Positions 52,549-64,000 of a DNA stretch of 64,000 nucleotides are shown piece by piece (position 1 is the first letter of the stretch; every line of letters starts with the position of its first letter). The notes under the pieces were generated by a model. It saw only the letters and a program-made list of their open reading frames with translations. It was not told where the DNA came from and made no database searches. The position numbers and the translations under genes were made by a program. This DNA comes from Octopus vulgaris (lineage: Eukaryota): the NCBI GenBank assembly GCA_951406725.2, contig OX597823.1, positions 67,828,001 through 67,892,000 on the forward strand, in the 5' to 3' direction.

Positions 52549-53420
52549 ATGTCTGGTTAAGAAGTTCATTTAGCAAGAACATGGTTTTTGGGTTCAGTCC
52601 CACTGTACACTACCTTGGGCAAATGTCCTCTCCTATAACACCAGGCTAATCGATGCTTTGTGAGGATTTGGTAGACGGAGACTGTATGGAAGCCAGTCAT
52701 ATATATATATATATATATATATAATCCCTATATGTGTGTGTCTGTGTTTGAGTTTGTGTCAGTGCTGTCACTTGACAACCAGTGTTGGTTTGTTTGCATC
52801 CCTGTAACTTAGCTGTTCAGTAAAAGTTTCATTTACTGCATTGCGTATATGCTATAAATAAAACAAAATATAAGAGGTTGTTTATGAGATATTTAGTTCC
52901 ACCATCTGACTAAATGTCATATAACTGATCTCTCATGTTTCATTTTATCATGCACACACACACACACACACATAAAATATATATCATCATCATCATTTAA
53001 TGTCTCTTTTTCCATATGCTGGCATGTGTTGGACAGTTTGATAGGAGCTGACAAGCTGCATTAGGCTTCATCTGTCTGTTTTGGCATGTTTTTTTTTATG
53101 GCTGGATGCCCTTCTTAATGCCAGACATGGCTGTGTGGTTAGAAGTTTGGTTCCCAACCACATGGTTTCAGGTTCAGTTCCACTGTGTGGTACCTTGGGT
53201 AAGTGTCTTTACTGTAGCTTCAGGCCAACCAAAGCCTCATGAGTGGATTTTGTAGATGGAAACTGAAAGAATCCTGTCATGATTATGTGTGTTTGTGTGT
53301 GCGTGCTTGTCCCCAACACCGCTTGACAACCAGTGTTGGTGTGTTTATGTCCCCTAATTTAGTGATTTTGCAAAAGAGGCTGAATGAATAAGTGCTAGAC
53401 TTAAAACAAAAAACTGACTT
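52549..53420 (+). mobile_element. Two SINE family A copies (52549-52825, 53126-53420) with an RTE-tail element between them
   Basis: Family A heads and CORE-like segments at both sites. Confidence 0.7.
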
Positions 53421-53440
53421 CTGGAAGCACTGTGTTTATA

Positions 53441-53473
<33 letters not shown>

Positions 53474-55520
53474 GCTTCTGGAAGCACTGTGATTATATAT
53501 ATATGCAAAAATGGGCACATTCCCTAATTTCCTCCAAACATCCCTACCCATCATCTCTCTCACTGCAGCTCACTCATTCCTCCACTGGACCACTGAATTA
53601 TCTCCCCCCCCCGTGTACTACATCAATCTTTCTGCCCACTCCACTCCTGTGTCCTACCCAACCATAATATCTCTCTCTTGTCCTCCCACTTTCCATCACT
53701 ATTACTATCCTCCTGTTCTCCCACACTCTGCTCTACATCACTATTCATGCATCATTGGTCATTCCTCACTCCCTACATCCACCCCCAACCCTACTTAATC
53801 TTTATGGCTGTTGCCCATCTCTTGCTTTGCCCATACAATCTTGACCCTGCCTCTCAGTTACTTCTACTCACCAAATACCTTGAGGAACCACCTGCTCCTG
53901 CAGCACCTTACTGATCATTTTCACTCATTCTTCTAATGTGAGTAACCAAGTTTATATTGCTTTCAAGTTTTGGCACAAGGCTAGCAATTTCTGGGGTCAA
54001 GGCTTGTTCAATTAGATCAACCCCAGTGCTCATCTGGTACTTATAAAAGGATGAAAGGCAAAGTTGACCTTGATGAAATTTGAACACAGAATGTAAAAGT
54101 GAACAAATGCCACTAAGCATTTTGCCCAGCATGCTAACAATTCTGCTAGCTCACTGCCTCATTGTCTGAAATCTATACTACATCAGCAATGACAAACAAC
54201 AAGTCAAGTACTGGTGTTAATGTAAACTGACTGATAGTGACATAGATTAAGCTGAGAATTCTAAATGAATATTCCCAGTATTGCTTGCACATTAAGGGCA
54301 GATGAGGTTGTTAACATTGCTTCTCTGTGAGGAGTAATGGTCCTAGGTATTATTAACCTTAAAGGAAATAATGATTGAATGATGTCATACTAATCCTATA
54401 ATTAACAGGTTACATGGTGCATCCATCGTCTTTCGTCAACAGAAGAAAAAGTTAACAATCTGTTGAAAATACAAACAGTTATTAATATAAAATTTTATGT
54501 TAAACTGAAATATAATTAAATTCTTCTCTTCTAATTGTACTTCTAATTAGTTTTAAGCAGTGATAAAGATGAGATACAACTTAAAATTTCTTAATGGCTT
54601 TTACAGATTTTGATGAATACTTAAATATTTTGATGTTAGATAAAATATTTCTACTCTGGTTAAACAAAGTCTGCTGTTTATTTTAAAAAGGTTTTTTTTG
54701 TTTGTGAATATCACAAACATTGTTAATAAGTCAGACAAATTTTCTTTTATAATGATTTAAAAGAAAACCAACATTCACATATTTGAACAAATATCTTGAC
54801 ATATTTGGCTGTATGTTTATGAAAATAACTGATAAAATTCTTAATTTAAACAATAATAGACATTATAATCACCAATTTGAGACATAAAAATAACATGTCT
54901 ACATCTCTCTCTTTTGGCAGGTGTCTATGTTGTCAATTACACTAAAGATGCTTGTAATTTTATCTTCTAAAATTAAGTACTAGTTTCTTCTTGCTATTTT
55001 GAACGCTAATTTATCTCCAGACTCTCTAGAGATAACATTCTATAGTTAGAATATGAGGAAAAAATTTACTGTACATAATTAGAGAAAAAGGAACAACAGG
55101 TACTTCTATTGAGGAGTTGACAATGCAATCCTCTAGCAAACAGTAAATAAATACATTGGTTGGAATCCTATCAATTCACTTTTTGTAACTTACATTTTAA
55201 ATATCAATTTGTAACAGTTTTGTTGTATCAGTTATGTTTCTACTGAAGGACTTTAGATCAAAGATAATTTAAAGGTTATAAAATTTCAATGTTTTTACTA
55301 CAGTAGGTGAAGATTTGTTTTTTTTGTTGTGACAGGCAAATCATTACCTGTGCAGCATGTCAGTCTATTGAGGAAAGTTATCCTTGAAGATTTAACTAGG
55401 TAAACCGAAGTAAGTAGAATTAACAATCATATCCATAGACACAAAGACATATTAAGTTGTGCAATTTGAACTCAGACCATAACCTTTTGTTCAACACCTT
55501 AACCACTTGATCAGTTTGAT

Positions 55521-55748
55521 TTAACTGTTTAGCATTCAGCTTTCTTTGTCAAATGTATTGCTTATTTATTCACACTCTTTTGAATTAATCATGCATTATC
55601 TCATAGCTTCAAGGTTTAAATGATGTGTTTGTATATTTTTAGAATGACATTGTAGGGTAAGTGTGAAAAGTTGGATATGGTCAGTTTTAGCATAAGACAA
55701 GTAGAATATTTGGGCCAGATATTACAGGATTAAATGCTAAATGGTTAA
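55521..55748. mobile_element. piggyBac-type MITE (copy 3)
   Basis: ttaa..tttagcattc ... aatgctaaatggttaa; TTAA ends. Confidence 0.65.
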
Positions 55749-56275
55749 ATATTAATCAACATAGCTTAATATTTCAGCTGCAAACCTGAATAATAAATTT
55801 CCAATTCAAACAAACAAAATTATGATTTCTCAAAGTGAAATAGTCAAATGTATGTATAGTATGAAGTTCAACAACTAGTGAGCGTGTTTATTGTTGTAGT
55901 AGGACAGTACACATAATTTACGTAGACTTTGAGGATAAATACCAAATCATCTGGGAATATTATCTGTGATAGATTAGTCATAAATTCAGGAATATTTAAT
56001 GCCACAAAACTCAGAGCTGCAAAGTTTTAGTGATGATATTCATATTATAATTTCTCACAATAACACTTCAAATGATATTAAGGAAATAAACTGATTCCTT
56101 TGATATTCTGTATAATTTGACAACATTGATAGAGAATAATCAAATGTGGAGAGAGAGAGAGAGAGAGAGAGAGGTGGGAATGGAAACAGACTTAATACTC
56201 ATAAACATGCATTTGTCTTTTAGAATCCATTGAAACAAACATTTAAAATTATTTATCACATAAATTGATTTTTAC

Positions 56276-56362
56276 CTTGGTTCTGTGTTACATGATACAT
56301 AGTCTTTTTTAGTTTCTTTGACTTAGGTATTCTGGGACTAATTCTACAGGGGCTAAGGTGAC
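56276..56362 (-). CDS. MPP7: MPP7-like exon (HOOK, lysine-rich), not in the ORF track
   Basis: ttctcttgttccag|GT CAC...CAA G|gtaaaa; 87 nt, phase 1/1; (G)HLSPCRISPRIPKSKKLKKTMYHVTQNQ(V). KKxxKxMY is typical of the MPP HOOK. Confidence 0.88.
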
Positions 56363-56864
56363 CTGGAACAAGAGAAAATTATAAACATTCACAATTAAGA
56401 ATACAGATTTCTTTACATGGATGCAAGACAGCAAATTTCAAGAGGATTTTGATATTAATGCACTTCATGAATAGGGTTAAAACTATATTGAAATTGTTAG
56501 TTTTTGGGTAGACTTTAAGTCAGCTTCAACTATGCAGGCCTATGATCAAAGGCATTCAAACTGTGACTATACCACATCTAAAGACTATTAAGATGATAGG
56601 AGAGAGAGAGATTTGGCTGCTATTTCTACCCTGATGATCAGCCTTCTGCTGGCTTGTAAAGGTTTGACTTATGAGTGGAATTAATACAAATAAAGACTGA
56701 CACAATAAAATATTGTATTTGTTAACATATTTTTTTCACTTATAAAACAAGTATTGTTGAGTCACATTTATAGTTGAAAGGTAAAAGTTGCAGTTTGATA
56801 GAGATGGGAAAATTTCTGATTAAAACAGATTCATATCAGGAATTTGAGGATAATGATGATGATA

Positions 56865-58915
56865 ATCATCATCATTTAGCGTCTGCAGTCCATGCTAGCA
56901 TGGGTTGGACGGTTTGATCAGGGCTGGCAAAGGCTGCACCAAACTCTAGTCTGATTTGGCATGGTTTCTATGGCTAGATGCCCTTCTTAACACCAACCAT
57001 TCCAAGAGTGCAATGGGTGCTTTTATGTGCCACCAGCATGGGTGCCATTTGTATGAGATAAGTATCTGCCATAACTTTGACTTGATGGGTCTTCTCAAGT
57101 GCGACATAATGCCAAAGATCTCGGTCATTACCTCTGTGAGGCCCAACACTTGAAAGGAGCTTTCCATGTGCCACCAGCATCAGCCACTCTGCCTCTGTGA
57201 GGCACAATGCTCAAAAGGTGCTTTTTATGTGCCACTGGCATGGGTGCCAGTTACATGACACCAGCATCAGCTATGACTACAATTTCATTTGGCTTGACAG
57301 GTCTTCTCAAGCACAGCATATTACCAAAAGTCTTGGTCACTAGTCATTGCTTCTGTGAGACCCAAAGTTCGAAGATCATCCTTCACCACTGCGTCCCATG
57401 TCTTTCTGGGTCTACCTCTCCCACAGGCTCCCTCCACAGTTAGAGATCGGCACTTCTTTACACAGTTGTCCTCATCCATATGCATCACATGACCATACCA
57501 GTGCAATTGTCTCTCTTACACACCACATCTTATGCCCAACTTTTCTCTCAAGATGATTACACTCTGCTGAACATGCACACTGACATTGCACATCCAGTGA
57601 AGTATACTGGCTTCATTTCTTTCAAGCCTATGCATGTCCTCGGCTGTCACAGCCCATGTTTCACTACTGTGTTGCATAGCTGTTTGCACACAGGCATCAT
57701 AGAATCTGCCTTTCATTCTGAGAGAGAAGCCCTTTGTTGCCAGCAGAGTTGGTAGCTCTCTGAACATTGCCCAGCCTAATCTTATTCTCACAGCTTCAGT
57801 CTTGGAGTATCCACCTCCACTATTAACTTGATCACCTAGATAATAGAAGCTATCTATTACCTCTAGCTTACCAGCCTGGCAGTTGATGGAGTCTATTTTC
57901 TCTACATTTTCAGTGTTTGTTGTACCTGTGCATCTTCCACACACAAAAGCTATTTTCCTTGTTAACCTTCCTATTGCTGCACCTCTTATGTGTCCATAGC
58001 CTACACCAGGTACATCTTATGGAGTTTCTACCTATACATTTCCTACAGATTGAGCAGGGCTATCTACCTGAAGGGATTTGTGGTTTGTTTGCTTTCCTAC
58101 TTACTAAGACTTTGGTTTTTGCTAGGTTAACTCTAAGGTCCTTCAATTCTAGACCTTGCTTCCATTCCTGAAATTTCTCTAGTTCTGGTAGTGATTCAGC
58201 TATAAGAACAAGGTCATCAGCATAGAGGAGCTCCCAGGGGCAGCCTGTCTTGGATTCCTCTGTTATTGCCTAGAGGACTATGATGAACAAGAGCGGTCTG
58301 AGGACTGATCCTTGGTGAACCCCTACTTCTTCCCTGAATTCTTTGCTGTACTCATTGCCAACTCTCACCTTACTGTTAGTGTCCCTGTAAAGGATTGCAC
58401 AGCTCTCAACAACCACTTGTCTATCCCTAGTTTCCACATTGACTACCAGATAAGGGATTGGGGAATCCTGTCAAAGGCTTTCTCCAAGTCAACAAAAGCC
58501 AAGTACAGAGGTTTATCTTTGGCTACGTATTTGTCCTGCTGCTGCCTTAGCAGAAATATAGCATAAGTGGTGTTTCTACTTGGCACAAAACCAAACTACA
58601 TCTCATCTAGACTAACTCTCTCCCTAATTAGTTGGACTATGACCCTCTCCATAACTTTCATCACCTGATCCAACAATTTGATACCTCTGTAATTATTTCT
58701 ATCTAAGTCATGACCTTTACTTTTGTAGCACTTGACTATGGTTCTGCTACACGAGTCATTAGGTATGACTCCATGTATCACCTGCTTTACAATATGCAAA
58801 ATATCTTAAGCATCTCAGTGGTGATTCTTGATGGGTCGGGGGATTTCTCTGACTTTGTGTCCTTAATTGCTTTATCTACCAAGGTACTGTTGATTTGAAT
58901 AGCTGGTCCTTCAAT
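56865..58915 (-). mobile_element. RTE-clade LINE, 5'-truncated, decayed RT with cysteine-rich insert and (ATG)n tail
   Basis: NNYRGIKLL, FVDLEKAF, VHQGSVL, GCPWELLYADDLVL, YYLGDQV, CVQTAMQHSSETW, WYGHVM, GRGRPRKTW; multiple stops and frameshifts. Confidence 0.9.
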
Positions 58916-59017
58916 ATAGCAGAAAGTATTCTTATTCTTAATACTGTTTATATATCTGCTATTCACATGTACAATTGCAAACTCACTTTTTATCACCTTC
59001 AATATTAGAGGGTATAG

Positions 59018-59232
59018 AAGGCGGTTAGCTGGCAGAATCATGAGCACATCAGGCTAGATGTTTAGCAGCATTTTGTCCATCTTTAAATTCTGAGTTCAAA
59101 TATCACTGGGGTCGACTTTGCCTTTCATCCTTAAGGGGTTGATAAAATAAGTACCAGTCAAGTACTGACGTTGATGTAATCAATTTACTCCTTACCCCAA
59201 ACTTGCTGGTCTTGGGCCAAAATTTTAAACCA
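59018..59232 (+). mobile_element. SINE family B, full length
   Basis: ggcggttagctggcagaatc...gtcgactttgcctttcatcc...ataagtaccag. Confidence 0.75.
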
Positions 59233-60796
59233 ATACCAGAGAATATATATTGTATGACTTTGACTCAATACATGATTGGTTTATACATGTTCGCAATGGG
59301 TTAGTAGTGATAGTGAGAAATTGATTAATGAAATGATGGCCATTCTTTCTTATAATGGTACAAGATCACACACAATTTTGGGTAGGGGTACAGCTATTTG
59401 TATCATCTTCAGTAGCACTTGACCCTAGATAACATGTACAACAAACCATATACAGTATAGCATTTATCCTAATAGTATTCCTTTCTTGCCATGTCACAGC
59501 TCATTTGAAATTAGAAATATGAAGTAATGAAAATAAATAAAGTATCTAGTATGGTTTTCGTCTTTTTAAGCCAACTCATTTATTCCTATAATTCAAATGT
59601 GATAGAAATGAATACGAGATTGTATTGAGAGTTTATTTATTTTATACATCATATACATGATTCAGAATAACAGGTGGATTATTGCTATTTTGAATGGTTG
59701 GAGAAAGAGCAAAAACCAAGCAATGATAGATAGTGACTTTCACAAAAAAAAAAAACAACAATTTCAATAAATTAATTTTATTTCCTTTGAGAAAAATCTA
59801 AAAATTTAATCCATGTTTGCAGACAAGGGGTCAACTAGACACCTTATAGGACATCATCAGCCTATATTATACAGCCTAATTTGATCAATTGATAATTGAT
59901 TTTACGAATTAAAGGAAATAGAAATAATAGGAATAAATAGAAAAACTGAACTGAGATGCAATAAACTAAGTGGGCCAGTGGTATGTATTTAGATAAATAA
60001 GTCAAGGGTTGATGTACTGAATGCAAACAATTCTCAATTAATTGATAGCTTCCTCTTACTAGGAAGAGCAAACATAATAATTGTTGTGGATTTTCAAAGA
60101 ATGAGGTGAGAAGGAAATCTGATCTTTGTTTACAGGCAAGGAAGCAATTGCAAACATGTTTCCATATTATTAATCCTCTTCACCATGCAATCTGCTTGGG
60201 TATTCTTTGATACATTTTTACACAAAGGAAAAAGATTTGTAATGATTTTTGGAACAAGTTTCAAGTCAATCAGTTTAGCTACAGACACTATGAAGTGCTG
60301 GTGACAGAATAAAACCTGCCAACATCAGAGCTGGTTGTCTAGTATTATATCAACTTGGTCACTTGCTCCCCAAAACTTTCAATCATCTCAATCAAATGTG
60401 TCCAACTCTAATTTTCCAATTTATTTAATTAAATTTCATTAAACTATTCATATGCAAATACCATGATTATGATATTTCAATACATTATGCTGACAATGCA
60501 TTTCAATTCAGCACTAAAAGTTTTTCCTTTTTTTAGTCCATACATTCTTATCTTTTCAAACAATGATTGCATTATATTTAATTTTGAGATATTTACAATA
60601 CTATACTTCATTTTTCTACTGAAAGAAAACAAAAGTATTTGAACAAATAAAAACAATACATTATACCAGGTAGATGTTAGAAAAAGAAATGAACAAAACA
60701 TTGTACAATTGGTTTTAGCTTTTCAATGAATTTAATTAATTTGTTTCTTAATTAGTCAATAAGGGAGAAAAAAAAATACTATAAAAATTAACTGAC

Positions 60797-60870
60797 CTGT
60801 GCTATTTTTATGACAAGAAGAATCCAAGTAGCGAGGATCAGACAGAAGAGGTCTTCCCAGAATTTCTTTC
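60797..60870 (-). CDS. MPP7: MPP7-like exon (post-SH3 linker)
   Basis: gtgtattgtag|G AAA...ACA G|gtcagt; 74 nt, phase 2/1, open as (R)KEILGRPLLSDPRYLDSSCHKNST(G). Its phase fits the next exon, but the region is poorly conserved so the call is less certain. Confidence 0.7.
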
Positions 60871-61070
60871 CTACAATACACAATTGATTGACCAATTTTA
60901 AATGAAGCACAAAGAATAAAAAAGGAAAGAAAAGAAAAAAAGAAAAATTTCTCTGATATCTGGTCATAATAAGAACCATTATGTTGTTCTCATTGTTTTC
61001 CCCTTTAGTATGAATTTTCTTTAATGCTGCAGTCATTACATTTTGTTACACACACACAGGTGCATGTATG

Positions 61071-61112
<42 letters not shown>

Positions 61113-61699
61113 CAAAATTCTTCCCATCACCCAACTTTTGAAAAAATAAATACCAGTTCTTTTGTTGTTTCTATGTAAGCTTAACTGAAACAAAACTATT
61201 TTAATACAATTTTGAATGCAAGCAACAGATTGAAATATAAGAAAAGAAAATGACAAAAACCAAGTAATTTTCATTGTTCACTTGTTCATTTGCTGCTGTT
61301 TTGTTTTTTTTTTTCCCCTATTTCTGTAGTCGGTGAAGAGATTTCGATTTCAGTGATAATTATACTGTTGTTTTTGTATTTAAAATAGATATATTATTTT
61401 GTCAGGATATATTTTGTTTTCAAAATAATATGTTTTTCTTTGCAAAAAAAAAGGACAAACAAAATAAAACAAATATACTGTTGTATTACAATGAGAGATT
61501 ATGAAATCAGAATTTTGAAAAACTTCAACAATGAAAATTAAATAAATAGGATATTAAATTTGTTTTGAAAATTCACTATTAACTTCAAAATTCTTTTTAG
61601 ACTGAACATTTGTTAATTTGGCAAAGAATTTTATAGTTTTAAGAGTTTGATTACATGTTTATGTACGTGTGTGTATATATATATATACACACACATAAA

Positions 61700-63080
61700 C
61701 ACAAAAAGTTCCCAGACTAGTTCTGTGGCATGCAAACAGATGATAGCACATGGTTGCATGTACAGTGAGAGCTAGTAGTGATCTTTATGAGGCAGTGTGC
61801 TGAGTGACATTGCTGTTTTTACTTCACAAGTTGTGAAATTTGTGTTTTCATGATCATGTGTATGCTGCAGTCTGCGATTTTGTCATGGACAAGAAGTTGG
61901 AACAAAGAGTCAACATGAAATTTTGCATTCAACTTGGGAAATCTGCTATTGAGCATGCTTCAACAAGCTTACAGTGATGAGCAATGAGTCATACACAATG
62001 TTTTAAGTAGCACAAGCACTTCAAAGGCAGAACACCCCTGGGAGTGATCTGGAAAACCTGCCACAAACACCAACCCCAGAAATATGGAGAAAATTCATCA
62101 GCTTGAGCATGAGGATTGTCGGAGGAATGACTCATCCTTCATGTAGAGGATCATCACTGGTGATGAGAGTTGGGTCTATGAATATGACACTGAGATGAAG
62201 CAGTAGTCATTACAATGGAAGAGCCCTTCATCTCCATGACTGAAGAAAGCACAACAGGACTATAATTCAATCAAGGGCATGCTCATCGTTTTTTGTGACA
62301 TCCACAGTATTCTGACATTCTTTGAGGCAGACCTAGCTGGTTTCCTTGATGTTTCCTAACCCTGGATAAGTGTTGGTTTCATCACTTTGAACAAGAGAGA
62401 AAGAGATAATCCATGCAATGGAAACACCCCATCTCGCCTGCTTCAAAGAAGGCTAAGGTCATTTCATCTGCAGGGAAGGTGATGGCCTCAGTATTTTGGA
62501 ATGCAAAAGGCATTATGTTTATAGACTAACTTCAAAAAGATCACATCAATGGAGAGTGCTATGTCAACTTGGTGAGACAATTACAAAAGGCTATCAAGAT
62601 CAAACGCTCAAGAAAACTGGTGAAAAGGGTCTTCATCAGGACATTGCTCCAGTATGCAAGTCCTTGGTTTCAATGGCTGCTGTGCATTACTGTACCTTTG
62701 TATTGACTGATCAGCCCCCTATTCTCCTGATTTGACCCATCTGGCTATCATCTTTTCTCCAACATGAAAAAACCCTTGACTGGGAAGCAGTATCACGGTG
62801 ATGGTAATGTCGTATCTGCTGATGATGACTTTTGAATGATCTCATCAGCAAATTCAAGCAAGCTTATGCAGTTAGTATAAGACTTGTCAAAAAGTTCATA
62901 ATGATTTTTAATTTTCAAATATTGTTCAAATACTGAACATGATGAAGGCTTCTTCACAAATGGGATCCAAACACTGCAACACCATTGGAAGAAATGCATG
63001 GACTGCAAAGGGGACTATGTTGAAAAATAAATCTCATTTGGTCACATTTCAGCCCATGAACTTTTCGTCCTACCCTAATA
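61700..63080 (+). mobile_element. Mariner transposase remnants (two joined/nested decayed copies)
   Basis: MDKKLEQRVNMKFCIQLGKSA; IITGDESWVYEYD; a second copy gives WNAKGIMFID, HQDIAP, PYSPDLTPS.YHLF, NGIQTLQHHWKKC..CKGDYVEK; many stops. Confidence 0.85.
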
Positions 63081-63616
63081 TGTTCACCATATAAAATATC
63101 TGCAATCATAATTTTATCAACTATGCTGAAACATGAACCATTTTCTCATTATTTACAAAGTATGAGAAACTTTGAACTTTATTTTCATATTCTTTTTACT
63201 TATGTACAAATAACACGTGCACATAAATATGACAGACTCTTGCAGGAACATATGCATGCACACGCAAACACAGACACATACATACTCCATTAAGCACTTA
63301 TGCATATACACATTAGATTCTCCTTTACTTAGATTTACTTATTAAACTTGTTATTCCATCAGCTATGGGTGACACTTTAAGCTCTAAGCTCTAATTTCCA
63401 ATCCGATGCTTTATCAGTTTTGTGACAAAATGTAGTGCTTAAAAACATCAAACTAAGCTTCCTCCCTTTTCTTGCAACATTTGATTATTTGTTGTATACT
63501 CTAAGTTGTTGCATTTGTTCCTGAAATTTTTGTGTGTACACATACACACAGACAGACACACACACACACATTGGCACTATGTGTGTGTGCAGTGCCCATG
63601 CATACAGATATATTCA

Positions 63617-63884
63617 AATATTCTTTAAATGTGTGGATGTATGTGTATAAACACAGATATACATGTATGCTATGATTTAAACCTTTAGCATTTAAACCTG
63701 TCATATTCTACCTGTTTTTTGTTTAAACTGACCAGATCCAGCCTCTTACACCTATCCTGCAGTATCATTCTAAAAATAAACTAGCACATCATCAAAATCT
63801 GAAAGCTATGAGATAATGCATGATTAATTCAAAATAATGGAATAAGCATTGCATTTGACAGTAATCTGAATGCTAAAGGGTTAA
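63617..63884. mobile_element. piggyBac-type MITE (copy 4, opposite orientation)
   Basis: ttaaacctttagcatt ... aatgctaaagggttaa: short TIRs with TTAA target sites. Confidence 0.7.
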
Positions 63885-64000
63885 TTTTGCTTATGTATGT
63901 TGTATCATCTACATATACAATATTTGAAAATTAAAAATCATTATGAACTTTTTGACAAGTCTCATACTAACTGCATAAGCTTGCTTGAATTTGCTGATGA

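Larger units (their letters stand above)
12874..60870 (-). other. MPP7: MAGUK p55-subfamily gene (MPP7/Metro-like), 3' portion, 8 coding exons in window; gene continues beyond the right edge
   Basis: Manual splicing gives 850 nt in one frame: (R)[282 protein letters not shown]. The HOOK 'TYEEV', GK 'GVGRNEL', 'YTTR', 'GEYKGNLYG' and terminal 'VPxxWV' motifs are typical of p55 MAGUKs. 'ILKATR' and 'YGHFFD' recall Drosophila Metro/MPP7 (from memory, not searched). Confidence 0.85.

Noticed and set aside
55346-55400. Minus-strand donor CAG|GTAATG as another HOOK-intron exon
   Set aside because: Nearby acceptors give 17- or 35-nt exons that break the frame and have weak pyrimidine tracts.
60788-61036. 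ORF-track hydrophobic peptide resembling a membrane protein
   Set aside because: It overlaps the probable exon in a different frame; the rest is U-rich intron.

Overview
Eukaryotic, very AT-rich, microsatellite- and SINE-dense genomic DNA. The repeat families point to an Octopus (coleoid cephalopod) genome; this is my inference from recalled repeat sequences. The only host gene I can support is the 3' part of a MAGUK p55-subfamily scaffold gene (MPP7/Drosophila Metro-like) on the minus strand. I assembled eight exons by hand (60797-60870, 56276-56362, 38552-38638, 37473-37553, 28094-28187, 22624-22732, 20973-21110, 12874-13053). They splice in consistent phase into post-SH3 linker, HOOK and guanylate-kinase-like domain; the upstream exons must lie beyond the right edge of the window. 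One intron needs a GC donor. A candidate extra exon at 46313-46473 would truncate the protein before the GK domain with a ...FICCQK end. The rest is decayed mobile DNA: tRNA-derived SINEs, RTE/CR1-type/restriction-like-endonuclease LINE fragments, a Penelope-like element, mariner/Tc1 remnants, and hAT and piggyBac-type MITEs. There are also many long inverted repeats (some with hammerhead-like remnants) and locally templated duplications. I see no intact transposon, rRNA, true tRNA or CRISPR. Almost all ORFs in the supplied track are artefacts of microsatellites or repeats. Repeat boundaries are approximate (read by eye).
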